The notes: generated from the letters alone by a model not told the origin. DNA of 64,000 nt from Paludibacter sp. (GCA_034928015.1 JAYFPF010000036.1:15669-79668); one strand, 5' to 3'; positions 17,375 through 27,219 are shown, counted from the first letter of the stretch. Numbers and translations are program-made.

Positions 17375-19729
17375 TTATTTTCGCAACGCTTTATCAGCCT
17401 TTAACTGTTCTCCTTTCCATGCCTTCTTATTTGTCCAGTCGGCAGGTTTTGCAGTCCAGAACTCATCGTCAGCCGATAAACCCAAAGGAAGAAAAACGGC
17501 TGAACACAAATACAGACTTCCCGTGGAGATATAGGACTCGGCCAGTTCCGGCTGATGTCCGGCAAAACCCAGTGTCAGCCATCCATGTTTGTCAAAAGTG
17601 CCTTTCTGACTGATTTGCTGTTTGATAACGGAAGTCAGAGCTGAACGTATCTGTACGGGACTCAGGTGATCAGGCAGTTTTTTCAGTAAAGTTGCCTGTG
17701 AAAGTGCATGAAAACAACCGAACCTGTAAACGAGCGATCTACCTATGGCCGGATAGGTCCCTTCCGGAGAAATCAGTCTCTCGAGCTGATCAGCATGCCT
17801 GCTCAGGCGTGTTGACTGAAGGTTAAATCTGGATTTGTAATCAGGAGAAATGTCTTTGATAACCGCAAGTACATCATACAACATCGGATGTATGACCAGG
17901 CTGTTATAATAATCAAAATGAAATGCCGGTCCGTCGCCGTACCAGGCATCTCCTTTGTACCAGTTTTCTAACTTTTCCAAAGCATAATCAATGGCTTCGA
18001 AATTACATTTGCCGGTGAAACGGAAAAGAAACGCCTCTACAGTTGCTGAAAATAGTACCCAGTTGTTTTCCAGTGGTTTGAAAGTTCTGGTCGCTATCAT
18101 GGAGTTAATCATCAATTCCTGCGTTTTTTTGTCTAAACCACCCCAAAGATTTTCAGGTGCACGCAGAAAACCCTGAGCGAGGAAAGCCGCGTCAACAAGA
18201 TTCTGCCTGTCGTTATTGAATCTGATAAAGTCGGGAGAAGTTGAGTCAACCGCATTTTTTAATGCAGCAAGTGTCATTGACAGGTATCTGGTGCGTAGCT
18301 TACTTTCTTTGCTGTCATCACTATCCAGCTCCAGCCAGGGAGCAATACCACATATCGTTCTGCCCAGCGCTTCGAGATGGGAAACCTGTTCACGCCCCCG
18401 TTTACTTCCCGCTTTGGTTGTTTCCACGGGCATTTGTTGCCTTAGTGTGCTGTTACTTAAATTAGCAAGAACAGGTTCGGTGATTTTTATCATATTTTCA
18501 ACCCAATACCGGCGGTCGGGATGTGTTTTGCTTGCTCTCGCAGTCTCAATTTTTCTGATTCTGAGCATAGCTTCAATGAAATAATAATCTGCATAGGTCA
18601 GGGGAGCGTCAACCTCACTGTTTTTAGCCATAAAACCCACACTGTGTTTGAGAATGAAATGCCCGTTTTCATCTTTCTTAGCCATATATGCCGGCGATGC
18701 CAGCGAACGAACCATTTGTTTCCCCAGGGAATAGTATTTTTTCGCCAGCTTTTTGTCGGTGAAAGTGCTTAGTTCAACAAGGGCAGAAGCCATGATTGCT
18801 CCGGCAGAAGCATCTCTGAGCGCATTGGGTATGTCTGGAGCGTTGAAATCCCAATAAGGAATCTTATCCTTGGGAAGGTTCTTGTGCCCTGCAATGTAAT
18901 CTGCTATTTTGATGGCCTGGTCAAGATAAATTTTCTTCTTGGTTTCGCGATACATCATAACGTAACCGTATAAACCCCAGGCTTGCCCTCTTGCCCAGGC
19001 TGATTCATTGTTAACTCCCTGATGCGTTACCCGTTCGACAAACCCTCCGTTAATCGTGTCGTAGCTTATTAAATGATACGAACTTCCATCCTTCCGGAAA
19101 TGGTATTTCAGGGTAGTGTCGGCATGAGAAACCGCAATTTTATAAAAACTGCTGTCTCCCGATATTTTCGTAGCTTGCGTAAGTAATTCCAGATTCATCA
19201 TGTTGTCGATGATAACAGGATATTGCCATTGTTTACTATCCCACGATCTGATTACACCTGTGTTTTCTTTGTATCGCGTAGAAAGAGAGCGTGCAGCAGT
19301 AATGATTACATGTTCTGAATTTTTGTTACCCGTCAGCCTCAGGGCATTGCCAAAACTACAAAATATCATAAATCCAACGTCATGATCATTGGTGGTATAT
19401 TGTTGTTTCCTGACCCTCTCTGTCATTTCAAGTGCAGCTTTCCTGAATTCCTCATCACCTGTAAATTCGTATAAATACCATAAACTGCCGGCAAAAAAAC
19501 CGCTTGTCCACCATTTGTCAGGTGAAGTTATAAGCTTTCCATTCCGGTCGATTGTCCGAGGTAGTCTGCCCGGAATTCCGGCCATTTTTTTGTATAATCC
19601 CATCATTTGATGAGCGGAAACAGATAAGGTTTCTTCGGTTAGTTGCATGATTTCCTTTTTCTCCGTGATTGCAAAAACGAAACTGGAGAATCCCAGAAAA
19701 AGAAATAGCAGGATAGATTTAATTCTCAT
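17375..19729 (-). CDS. GH88 unsaturated glucuronyl hydrolase fused to DUF2264/GH154 glucuronidase-like domain
   Basis: N-half: WWTSGFFAGSLW, HDVGFM, VIIDNMMNLELL, SAWARGQAWGLYG. C-half: SHLEALGRTICGIAPWLEL, NNWVLFSA, WYKGDAWYGDG, FDYYNS, YISTGSLYLC. Confidence 0.88.
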   Translation of the reverse strand: MRIKSILLFLFLGFSSFVFAITEKKEIMQLTEETLSVSAHQMMGLYKKMAGIPGRLPRTIDRNGKLITSPDKWWTSGFFAGSLWYLYEFTGDEEFRKAALEMTERVRKQQYTTNDHDVGFMIFCSFGNALRLTGNKNSEHVIITAARSLSTRYKENTGVIRSWDSKQWQYPVIIDNMMNLELLTQATKISGDSSFYKIAVSHADTTLKYHFRKDGSSYHLISYDTINGGFVERVTHQGVNNESAWARGQAWGLYGYVMMYRETKKKIYLDQAIKIADYIAGHKNLPKDKIPYWDFNAPDIPNALRDASAGAIMASALVELSTFTDKKLAKKYYSLGKQMVRSLASPAYMAKKDENGHFILKHSVGFMAKNSEVDAPLTYADYYFIEAMLRIRKIETARASKTHPDRRYWVENMIKITEPVLANLSNSTLRQQMPVETTKAGSKRGREQVSHLEALGRTICGIAPWLELDSDDSKESKLRTRYLSMTLAALKNAVDSTSPDFIRFNNDRQNLVDAAFLAQGFLRAPENLWGGLDKKTQELMINSMIATRTFKPLENNWVLFSATVEAFLFRFTGKCNFEAIDYALEKLENWYKGDAWYGDGPAFHFDYYNSLVIHPMLYDVLAVIKDISPDYKSRFNLQSTRLSRHADQLERLISPEGTYPAIGRSLVYRFGCFHALSQATLLKKLPDHLSPVQIRSALTSVIKQQISQKGTFDKHGWLTLGFAGHQPELAESYISTGSLYLCSAVFLPLGLSADDEFWTAKPADWTNKKAWKGEQLKADKALRK

Positions 19730-20008
19730 GATTTGATGACTTGTTCTTGTTAATTAAGATGCTAGAGTATAATAACAATGCGAATATCACCTTTTGATCT
19801 GAAATATCATAACAATATTGTCCATTTAAGTAAAAACTTTGTTCAGAAAGTAAATGTAATCATCATTATAACATTAATTGGTTTGATTTTAAACATACAA
19901 TCATGTGTTAATTCCGGCAATCAATTGTGTTTTCTTTAAATGGATGATTTTATCATTTCGCTGTCGATTTCTGGACTATTATTCAACTCGTAATATCTTA
20001 ATCAGTCT

Positions 20009-20016
20009 ATTTTTGC
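20009..20016 (+). promoter_or_regulatory. Bacteroidetes sigma -7 box for the GH2 gene
   Basis: TATTTTTG matches TAnnTTTG, 30 nt upstream of ATG 20047. Confidence 0.55.
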
Positions 20017-20046
20017 AGAAAACTTCTGAATAATAATTTTAAAAGT

Positions 20047-22722
20047 ATGAGAAAGTATTTTTTGCTGTTCTGGATAGTGTTGTTGACCGGGAATCTGATT
20101 TCATCTCCCCGCCTGAAGTATTCTATTAATGAAAACTGGCAATTTATCCGTCAGGATATTGCTGAAGCAAAGGATGGTAAGTGCGACGATCAGCAATGGC
20201 AAACGGTGAATCTGCCGCATACATGGAACGTGTCGGATGTGATGGATGACGAGCCGGGTTATTACAGGAATATAGCCTGGTACCGACGTTCAGTACCGAT
20301 TCCGGCCGGATTTTCAGAAAAGCAGATAACCATATACTTTGAAGGGGCAAACCAGGAAGTAGAGTTGTTTGTGAACGGGAAGAGCGCCGGTACGCACGTG
20401 GGTGGTTATACCCGTTTTAGTTTCGATATTACCTCTCTGATTAAAACCGGGCAAGATAATCTCTTTGCAATCAAGGTAAACAACTGTTACAATGAAGATA
20501 TTCCCCCTTTGACTGCTGATTTTACATTCTTTGGTGGCATCTACAGGGATGTCTTTCTTATCATTACCGGAAAGCAACACGTGTCGACAACACATTATGC
20601 TTCTGAAGGTGTTTATTTGAATACACCTGTGGTCAGGGAAGAGATGGCAAAGATTGAAGTTAAAACTATGTTGACAAATACAAGTGCTGCCGACAGTCGT
20701 GTAAGAATAGAACATACAATTATCCATCCCGATAAAAGCGAAGTAATTAGAGTTTCCAAAAAAATAAAACTTGCAAAGCAAACTTATAACCAGCAGGACT
20801 TGCAACAAGTGGAACTTAAGGCTCCGGCTTTGTGGAGTCCGGAATCTCCTTCATTGTATACTGTTCGTACCCGTATCTACGATGAAAAGTCAAAAGTGTT
20901 GCTGGATGAGATTCTTCAGCCACTGGGACTGCGTTGGTTTGAATTTTCAGCAGAGAAAGGTTTTCATCTGAACGGTAAACCTTATAAATTAATTGGCACG
21001 AATCGCCATCAGTGTTTTGATGGCTTGGGAAATGCATTGTCTGATGAGTTTCATGTGCGTGATGTTCTCATGTTGAAGGAGATGGGAGGGAACTTCCTCC
21101 GGGTATCACATTATCCACAGGACCCGGTGGTGATGGAAATGTGCGATAAACTCGGAATAATAACATCGGTCGAAATTCCAATTGTAAATGCGATTACTGA
21201 GAGTGAAGGGTTTTTTAAAAATTCGATTGAAATGGCACGTGAGATGGTGTTTCAGGATTACAACCGTCCATCGGTTCTGATTTGGGCTTATATGAATGAA
21301 GTATTGCTCAGACCTCCTTTTCGCGATGAATCACAGCGCCATGAAAACTATCTGAAATCAGTCGAGACGCTGGCGAAAGCGATCGAGAAACAAATCAGGG
21401 AAGATGATCCGTATCGATATACACTGATACCTTTTCACGGCAGTTTTGACACATATCATAATGCCGGTTTAACAAAAATATCAAAATTAATCGGGTGGAA
21501 TTTATACCAGGGATGGTATGGCGGTGTATTCAATGGTTTTGGCAAGTTTTTAGATGAATCACAGGAAAAACTGAAAGGTATTCCGTTTATTATTACCGAA
21601 TACGGAGCAGATGCAGATCCCCGCCTGCATGCATTTGATCCGGTACGTTTCGATTATACCCAGGAATGGGCAAATCTTTATCATGAGAATTACATCAAAG
21701 CCATCATGGAGCGTCCGTATGTGGTTGGCGCCAATATATGGAATCTGAATGATTTTCATTCTGAAGAACGAGGAAATGCCGTGCCTCACATCAATAGCAA
21801 GGGAATTACATCGACAGACCGCCAGGTAAAAGACACTTATTTACAGTATCAGGCACTGTTCAGAAAAGAGCCGGTTGTTAATATCGGAGGCAGAAACTGG
21901 ACTGTGAGAGGAGGAAATGCAGATGAGCATTATACTTGTTTGCAACCTGTGAAGGTATATTCAAATCTTGGCGAAATTGAATTTTTCCTGAATGGAGTCT
22001 CGATTGGAAAGCAGCAAACCGCTGATGCCATGGCAGAATTCAATGTTCCGTTTGTGTCTGGTGTGAATGTGCTGGAAGCTGTCGGTTATGCAGAAGGAGG
22101 GCGTACGGTGCGTGATCAGATAAAGGTTGATTTCAGGCTGGTTGCAGCGAATCTGAAAGATGAAAGATTACCGTTCGAATCCATTAATGTGATGCTTGGT
22201 AGTAAGCGTTATTTTGAAGAAAAGGATAAAGCGGTTATATGGCTGCCGGAAAAGCCATATACCCCCGGAAGCTGGGGATATGTCGGAGGTAAAAATTATG
22301 TAAAACGCACCCGGCACGGGCAACAACCGGCTTCAGATTTAAATATTCTGAATACGAATATAGATCCTGTATTTCAGACTATGCGTCACGGAATAGAAAG
22401 TTTTAAATTAGATGTGCCGGATGGTGAATATACTGTCAGTCTGTATTTTGCTGAACTGATGTCGAAAACATCTAAAGTGTTGGTTTATAATTTGGGCGAT
22501 GATGCGATTGCCGATGATATGGACGAAAGAATATTCAGTGTGGATATCAATGGCAACAGAGTAATACATGATTTGAATATTGCCAAAGAATTTGGAGAAC
22601 TGAATGCAGTAACAAAGAAATTTATTGTCAACGTTCAAAACGGTAAAGGAATCAGCGTTGATTTTGTGCCGGTAAAAGATGAAGCCATTTTAAACGCCAT
22701 CAGGGTGTATCGGAATTATTAG
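20047..22722 (+). CDS. GH2 beta-glycosidase (galactosidase/glucuronidase) with C-terminal malectin-like domain
   Basis: VNLPHTWN, IYFEGAN, GGIYRDV, GTNRHQ, RVSHYPQ, WAYMNE, ITEYGAD; malectin-like end YTVSLYFAEL...FSVDING. Confidence 0.92.
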   Translation: MRKYFLLFWIVLLTGNLISSPRLKYSINENWQFIRQDIAEAKDGKCDDQQWQTVNLPHTWNVSDVMDDEPGYYRNIAWYRRSVPIPAGFSEKQITIYFEGANQEVELFVNGKSAGTHVGGYTRFSFDITSLIKTGQDNLFAIKVNNCYNEDIPPLTADFTFFGGIYRDVFLIITGKQHVSTTHYASEGVYLNTPVVREEMAKIEVKTMLTNTSAADSRVRIEHTIIHPDKSEVIRVSKKIKLAKQTYNQQDLQQVELKAPALWSPESPSLYTVRTRIYDEKSKVLLDEILQPLGLRWFEFSAEKGFHLNGKPYKLIGTNRHQCFDGLGNALSDEFHVRDVLMLKEMGGNFLRVSHYPQDPVVMEMCDKLGIITSVEIPIVNAITESEGFFKNSIEMAREMVFQDYNRPSVLIWAYMNEVLLRPPFRDESQRHENYLKSVETLAKAIEKQIREDDPYRYTLIPFHGSFDTYHNAGLTKISKLIGWNLYQGWYGGVFNGFGKFLDESQEKLKGIPFIITEYGADADPRLHAFDPVRFDYTQEWANLYHENYIKAIMERPYVVGANIWNLNDFHSEERGNAVPHINSKGITSTDRQVKDTYLQYQALFRKEPVVNIGGRNWTVRGGNADEHYTCLQPVKVYSNLGEIEFFLNGVSIGKQQTADAMAEFNVPFVSGVNVLEAVGYAEGGRTVRDQIKVDFRLVAANLKDERLPFESINVMLGSKRYFEEKDKAVIWLPEKPYTPGSWGYVGGKNYVKRTRHGQQPASDLNILNTNIDPVFQTMRHGIESFKLDVPDGEYTVSLYFAELMSKTSKVLVYNLGDDAIADDMDERIFSVDINGNRVIHDLNIAKEFGELNAVTKKFIVNVQNGKGISVDFVPVKDEAILNAIRVYRNY

Positions 22723-22745
22723 AATAATACTTGTCATTTAACAAG

Positions 22746-22806
22746 AACCGTCAGAAACTCGTGTCGAAATCGTCTTGCGATTAAAACCACTTGTTTTCTG
22801 ACGGTT
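22746..22806. terminator. hairpin between the convergent GH2 and acd genes
   Basis: AACCGTCAGAAA (22746-22757) / TTTCTGACGGTT (22795-22806), with a 37-nt structured loop. Confidence 0.45.
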
Positions 22807-22927
22807 GTTGTGTTTATTTTAAAATTCAGCGGAAGCAGCACCAGTTTGAGTATTACCTGAATTTGTGCCTAACAAAACTATTTGTTTGTGTCTTTAGCTA
22901 TTCGCTTTTAGTTTTTCGCTCGCCGCT

Positions 22928-24634
22928 TTACGCTATCTTATACTTATCCACTTGCTCCACATCGAAATTCTTGATGAAAGTAGCATGTTTTCTGACTTCC
23001 ACTTCTGCATAACGTTGGTAAACCTCTGCTGATTTGCGGAACATGTCATCGCGGCTTGCATCGATGATGAGCAGGTAGGTCATGATGATGTGACCGGCCA
23101 TTTCAACCAAACGGCGCGCCTGAAAGTCGATATATTCCGGATTTTTTGTTTCTGTAACACGGTTTGTGGAATTCTCCAGCAAAGTAGTCATAGTAATCAG
23201 CTTCTTACGCAAAGAATGAAATTCCGGATTAATCGGTTGAGCCTCGTAATACCTGATTTGTTTGAGGTAATTGCCGGTGGTGACGTGGCGGATGGCCGCA
23301 ACAGTCTGCAACTGGGAAGTTCCCTCGTAAATTGTCAGGATACGGGCATCGCGATAGATGCGTTCGCAGGCATAGTCTTTCATGAAACCCGAACCTCCGT
23401 GTACCTGGATGCTGTCGTAGGCATTCTGGTTGGCAAATTCACTGGAGAACATTTTCAGAATCGGTGTAAAGGCATCGGCCAGTTTCTGATATTCTTTATA
23501 ATCAGCACGTTCTTCCGGTGTCAGCTTGCGTGTTGCTTCGATGGCTTCGTATGCTTTGTACACATCGACGAAACGGGTGGTTTCGTACAACAAGGCACGC
23601 GTAGCATCCAGTTTGGCCTTCATCAGAGAAATCATTTCATACACAGCCGGGAATTCGATGATGGCTTTCCCGAATTGTTTGCGTTCGCGGGCATACGCGA
23701 TGGCTTCGTCGTAAGCAGCCTGAGAAACACCAACCGATTGTGCGCCAACACCTAAACGGGCGCCGTTCATCAGCGACATCACATATTTAATCAGACCCAT
23801 GCGGCGGGTTCCTACCAATTTGGCCGGTGTGTTGGTAAATACCAGCTCGCAGGTTGGCGAACCTTTGATACCTAATTTATTTTCAATACGACGCACTTTA
23901 ATCGTGTGGTCAAAATTATTGTCCGCCACGAAATACGATAAACCACGTCCGTCAGTAGAACCTTCTTCCGAGCGGGCCAGTACCAGTTTGATTTGTGCAT
24001 CGCCGTTGGTAATGAAGCGTTTTACACCATTCAGGTACCATACTCCATCGTGCTCATTGTATGTAGCTTTGAGTTGTACAGCCTGTAAATCGGAGCCTGC
24101 ATCCGGCTCGGTCAGGTCCATTGAACAGGTTTCGCCCTGGCAAACACGAGGCAGGAATTCAGCTTTGATGCTTTCGTCCGCAAATTCAGCAATGGTTTCG
24201 GCGCAGTCCTGCAAGCCCCAGATATTGGCAAAACCCGCATCGGCGCGCGACACCATTTCACCACCCATGATGTAAGGAATCATGGAGAAATTAAGACCTC
24301 CATACTGACGTGGCAGCGACATACCGTATAGGCCTGCCTGAGCAAGCGCATCGTGGTTTTCCTGGGTGCCGCGGGCGTATTTTACACGGTTGTTGATTAC
24401 CTGCGGACCTTCATGATCCACGCTTTCAGCATTCGGAGCTATGATTTCGGCGCAAATTTCACCGATAATTTCTAATACTCTTTCGTAGTTGTCGATAGCA
24501 TCTTCAAAATCACGCGGTGCGTAATCATATTGATCCTTCTCAACAAAATTCTGCTCCTTAAGAGCAACAATCTTTTGCATCAACGGATGCGAAAGCTGGA
24601 ATCTTAATGCCGGATTATTATTGTAGTAGTTCAT
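22928..24634 (-). CDS. acyl-CoA dehydrogenase (Bacteroidales ETF-linked type)
   Basis: SMDLTEPDAGSDL, YLNGVKRFITNG, KLGIKGSPTCEL, IQVHGGSGF, RDARILTIYEGTSQLQ. Confidence 0.93.
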   Translation of the reverse strand: MNYYNNNPALRFQLSHPLMQKIVALKEQNFVEKDQYDYAPRDFEDAIDNYERVLEIIGEICAEIIAPNAESVDHEGPQVINNRVKYARGTQENHDALAQAGLYGMSLPRQYGGLNFSMIPYIMGGEMVSRADAGFANIWGLQDCAETIAEFADESIKAEFLPRVCQGETCSMDLTEPDAGSDLQAVQLKATYNEHDGVWYLNGVKRFITNGDAQIKLVLARSEEGSTDGRGLSYFVADNNFDHTIKVRRIENKLGIKGSPTCELVFTNTPAKLVGTRRMGLIKYVMSLMNGARLGVGAQSVGVSQAAYDEAIAYARERKQFGKAIIEFPAVYEMISLMKAKLDATRALLYETTRFVDVYKAYEAIEATRKLTPEERADYKEYQKLADAFTPILKMFSSEFANQNAYDSIQVHGGSGFMKDYACERIYRDARILTIYEGTSQLQTVAAIRHVTTGNYLKQIRYYEAQPINPEFHSLRKKLITMTTLLENSTNRVTETKNPEYIDFQARRLVEMAGHIIMTYLLIIDASRDDMFRKSAEVYQRYAEVEVRKHATFIKNFDVEQVDKYKIA

Positions 24635-24635
24635 C

Positions 24636-25655
24636 TTATTTGCTGTTTTTCTTGTAGTACTTAATCATTTTGGGGACAACTTCTTCCACGTTACCCGTAA
24701 TCACATAATCGGCTATGGCGTTAATGGGCGCATCCGGATCATTATTGATGGCGATGATCATGGCGCTTTCCTGCATCCCGGCAATGTGCTGGATCTGTCC
24801 GGAAATACCACAAGCGATATAGAGTTTCGGACGAACCGTGGTGCCGGTCTGACCGATTTGTCTTTCGTGTTCAGCCATTCCTGAGTCAACTGCTGCACGT
24901 GAAGCGCCTACTTCACCTCCCAGTACAGCTGCCAGATCATACAGCATTTTGAAGTTTTCTGCACTTCCCATACCGTAACCTCCGGCCACAATGATAGGAG
25001 CAGCTTTCAGGTTTACTTTCGATTTTTCCATGTGACGCTCAATAACCTCAATCACGAAATCGGTGTCGGAAACATATTTTGAAACGTCTAATTTTACTGT
25101 TTTGCCTACATGTTTCGCATTGCGGATTTCTTTCTTCATAACACCTTCGCGCACGGTTGCCATTTGCGGACGGCAATCCGGATTCACAATGGTAGCCACG
25201 ATATTGCCTCCGAAAGCCGGACGAATCTGATATAACAGATCGTTATAAACTTTACCTGCTTTCTTATCTTCATAAGTTCCGATTTCAAGGGCGGTACAGT
25301 CAGCAGTCAAACCACTGAACAAGGCTGATGAAACCCTCGGACCCAAATCACGTCCGATTGAAGTCGCACCCATCAGGGCAATCTGAGGTTTTTCTTCTTT
25401 GAAAAGATTTACCAAAATTGAAGTATGAGGCAATGTCGTATAAGGCGACAAGCGTTTGTCGTCGGCCAGATACAAAGTATCAACGCCATAAGGGAAAACC
25501 TGCTCTCCGATTTTATCCAGCTGATAACCTGCTGCAACAGCTTCCAGTTTGCATTGCTGCTTATCGGCCAGTGTGCGTCCTTTGGTCAGCAGCTCCAGAC
25601 TAACATCTGCTACGATGCCGTCTTCAATTTCTAAATATACAAATATGTTATTCAT
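24636..25655 (-). CDS. etfA: electron transfer flavoprotein alpha subunit
   Basis: IIVAGGYG, GASRAAVD, QIGQTGTTVRPKLYIACGISGQIQH. Confidence 0.95.
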   Translation of the reverse strand: MNNIFVYLEIEDGIVADVSLELLTKGRTLADKQQCKLEAVAAGYQLDKIGEQVFPYGVDTLYLADDKRLSPYTTLPHTSILVNLFKEEKPQIALMGATSIGRDLGPRVSSALFSGLTADCTALEIGTYEDKKAGKVYNDLLYQIRPAFGGNIVATIVNPDCRPQMATVREGVMKKEIRNAKHVGKTVKLDVSKYVSDTDFVIEVIERHMEKSKVNLKAAPIIVAGGYGMGSAENFKMLYDLAAVLGGEVGASRAAVDSGMAEHERQIGQTGTTVRPKLYIACGISGQIQHIAGMQESAMIIAINNDPDAPINAIADYVITGNVEEVVPKMIKYYKKNSK

Positions 25656-25666
25656 TTTTTTTTGAT

Positions 25667-25751
25667 GTCTGCGGTCTATAGTATCCAGTCTACGGTCTTG
25701 TTGTGCAGTACAGATCTTATGACTATTGACTGCCGACAGTAGACTGTTGAC
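25667..25751. repeat. inverted pair of 7-nt periodic arrays between etfB and etfA
   Basis: gtctgcg-gtctata-gtatcca-gtctacg-gtcttgt, 19-nt spacer, then gactatt-gactgcc-gacagta-gactgtt-gac. Confidence 0.72.
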
Positions 25752-25755
25752 TTAA

Positions 25756-26628
25756 TTAACCGATTGTGTGGTTAGCAATTAGTTCTTTGATTAACTCTTC
25801 GATTTCACCATCAGCAGGCGTTAGGCGCTTGCTTTCTTTGGCGGTAAACACAACACTTTCGATTTGTTTAACTTTGGTGGGCGAACCGGAAAGTCCGAGC
25901 CACTGTGGTTCGTGTTCAATATCGGAAGCCCCCCATTCAGCAATGTTGAGGTAGGGATGTGTTTCATACAAATCAGTATAATCGGTAGAAGAAGCCTGAC
26001 GCTCACTAACCGTTTTGGCATTTTTGTATTTCAGGGTGAGTTTGGCGTGACGAGGACGACAATTGGCAGCAGAACCATTTACGGTAATAACTGTGGGCAG
26101 AGCGCCTTTAACTACCTCAACTCCTCTTTCCAGACGACGTTTAACGGTAATTTTTCCTTTCGACAAGTCAAGAATTTCTTCCGCGTAGGTAATTTGTGAG
26201 AGTCCCAGTTTCTCTGCAACCTGCGGACCAACCTGAGCGGTATCACCATCGATCGCCTGACGACCGCAAATGATTACGTCCACTTTGCCGATTTTACGAA
26301 TGGCGGCGGCAAGGGCATAAGAAGTAGCGAGGGTATCCGAACCGGCAAACTCACGTCCGCTCAACAGATAGCCTCCATCGGCTCCACGATACATACTTTC
26401 ACGGATGATTTCGGCAGCACGGGCGGGTCCCATTGTCAGTACATGAACCTGTGCGCCTTCAACTTTAGATTTTAAACGAAGTGCCTGTTCGAGTGCGTTG
26501 AGATCCTCCGGATTATAGATGGCAGGAAGCGCGGCGCGGTTAACCGTTCCGTCGGCTTTCATGGCATCTTTCCCAACATTACGCGTATCGGGCACTTGTT
26601 TTGCAAGCACAACAATATTAAAACTCAT
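25756..26628 (-). CDS. etfB: electron transfer flavoprotein beta subunit
   Basis: VLAKQVPDT, YNPEDLNALEQA, GSDTLATS, GRQAIDGDTAQVGP. Confidence 0.95.
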   Translation of the reverse strand: MSFNIVVLAKQVPDTRNVGKDAMKADGTVNRAALPAIYNPEDLNALEQALRLKSKVEGAQVHVLTMGPARAAEIIRESMYRGADGGYLLSGREFAGSDTLATSYALAAAIRKIGKVDVIICGRQAIDGDTAQVGPQVAEKLGLSQITYAEEILDLSKGKITVKRRLERGVEVVKGALPTVITVNGSAANCRPRHAKLTLKYKNAKTVSERQASSTDYTDLYETHPYLNIAEWGASDIEHEPQWLGLSGSPTKVKQIESVVFTAKESKRLTPADGEIEELIKELIANHTIG

Positions 26629-26731
26629 TTTGCGTATTATTATGGTTAATAAATAAATTTATTTCATTTCAATGAACAGGCTCCGATTTCGCTCAAAAGG
26701 AGAGTGTTTACCGGCTTATAAAAAACCCGTA

Positions 26732-26768
26732 CAAAAATAGCAGTTTTTGTTGAACATGCAACAAAAAC
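26732..26768 (-). promoter_or_regulatory. etfB operon promoter with overlapping palindromic candidate operator
   Basis: Minus-strand -7 box TATTTTTG (26732-26739); palindrome GTTTTTGTTG-AACATG-CAACAAAAAC (26743-26768). Confidence 0.55.
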
Positions 26769-26964
26769 CTGCACAAAATTTTAATAATGTGCAGAAAAAG
26801 GGTGCTGTTACCACCAGAACCGCCGCTTCAGAATAAAAGATGTTTGTGAAAAAGATAGTCCGGCGGAATTGCTTCTTCTTGTATATAATTATGTCGTTCC
26901 GAGCGAGCGCAGAGAGGAATCTGGAGTGCAGTTGCAGTGAGTGATTAATAATTTCTATCAGCAG

Positions 26965-27002
26965 AAAAACAACGCGGGACTTTTCACAAAGTCCCGCGTT
27001 GT
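26965..27002 (-). terminator. intrinsic terminator
   Basis: ACAACGCGGGACTTT-tcac-AAAGTCCCGCGTTGT; U-tract on the minus strand. Confidence 0.85.
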
Positions 27003-27054
27003 AAATAGGTATTAGTTTTTTTAAGGTATAAAAAAGATTGTGTTGTTTAGTTAA
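26965..27054 (-). ncRNA. candidate ~90-nt intergenic sRNA
   Basis: Minus-strand promoter TTTG (27089-27092)-N20-TTTCTTTG (27061-27068), an ATG-free body, then a perfect 15-bp terminator stem and U-tract. Confidence 0.5.
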
Positions 27055-27191
27055 CGCTTGCAAAGAAAAGCTGAATTTTGTTTCAAAACAAATGAAAAAA
27101 CATGTTTTACAACCTGTTTTTTGCGTTTTATGCTCAAAAACATACTTTTTTTGATAAAAAACACTAAATATATATTTTTATAAAAAAGCTG

Positions 27192-27199
27192 TATCTTTG
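27192..27199 (+). promoter_or_regulatory. -7 box upstream of the glutaminyl cyclase gene
   Basis: TATCTTTG, 20 nt before ATG 27220. Confidence 0.6.
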
Positions 27200-27219
27200 T
27201 TCGTCAAAATGAATATGCA

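Noticed and set aside
26716-27063. 115-aa minus-strand ORF in the etfB upstream region
   Set aside because: TTG start lies in the -7 box, the frame runs through a strong terminator and the etfB promoter, and it has no recognisable motif.
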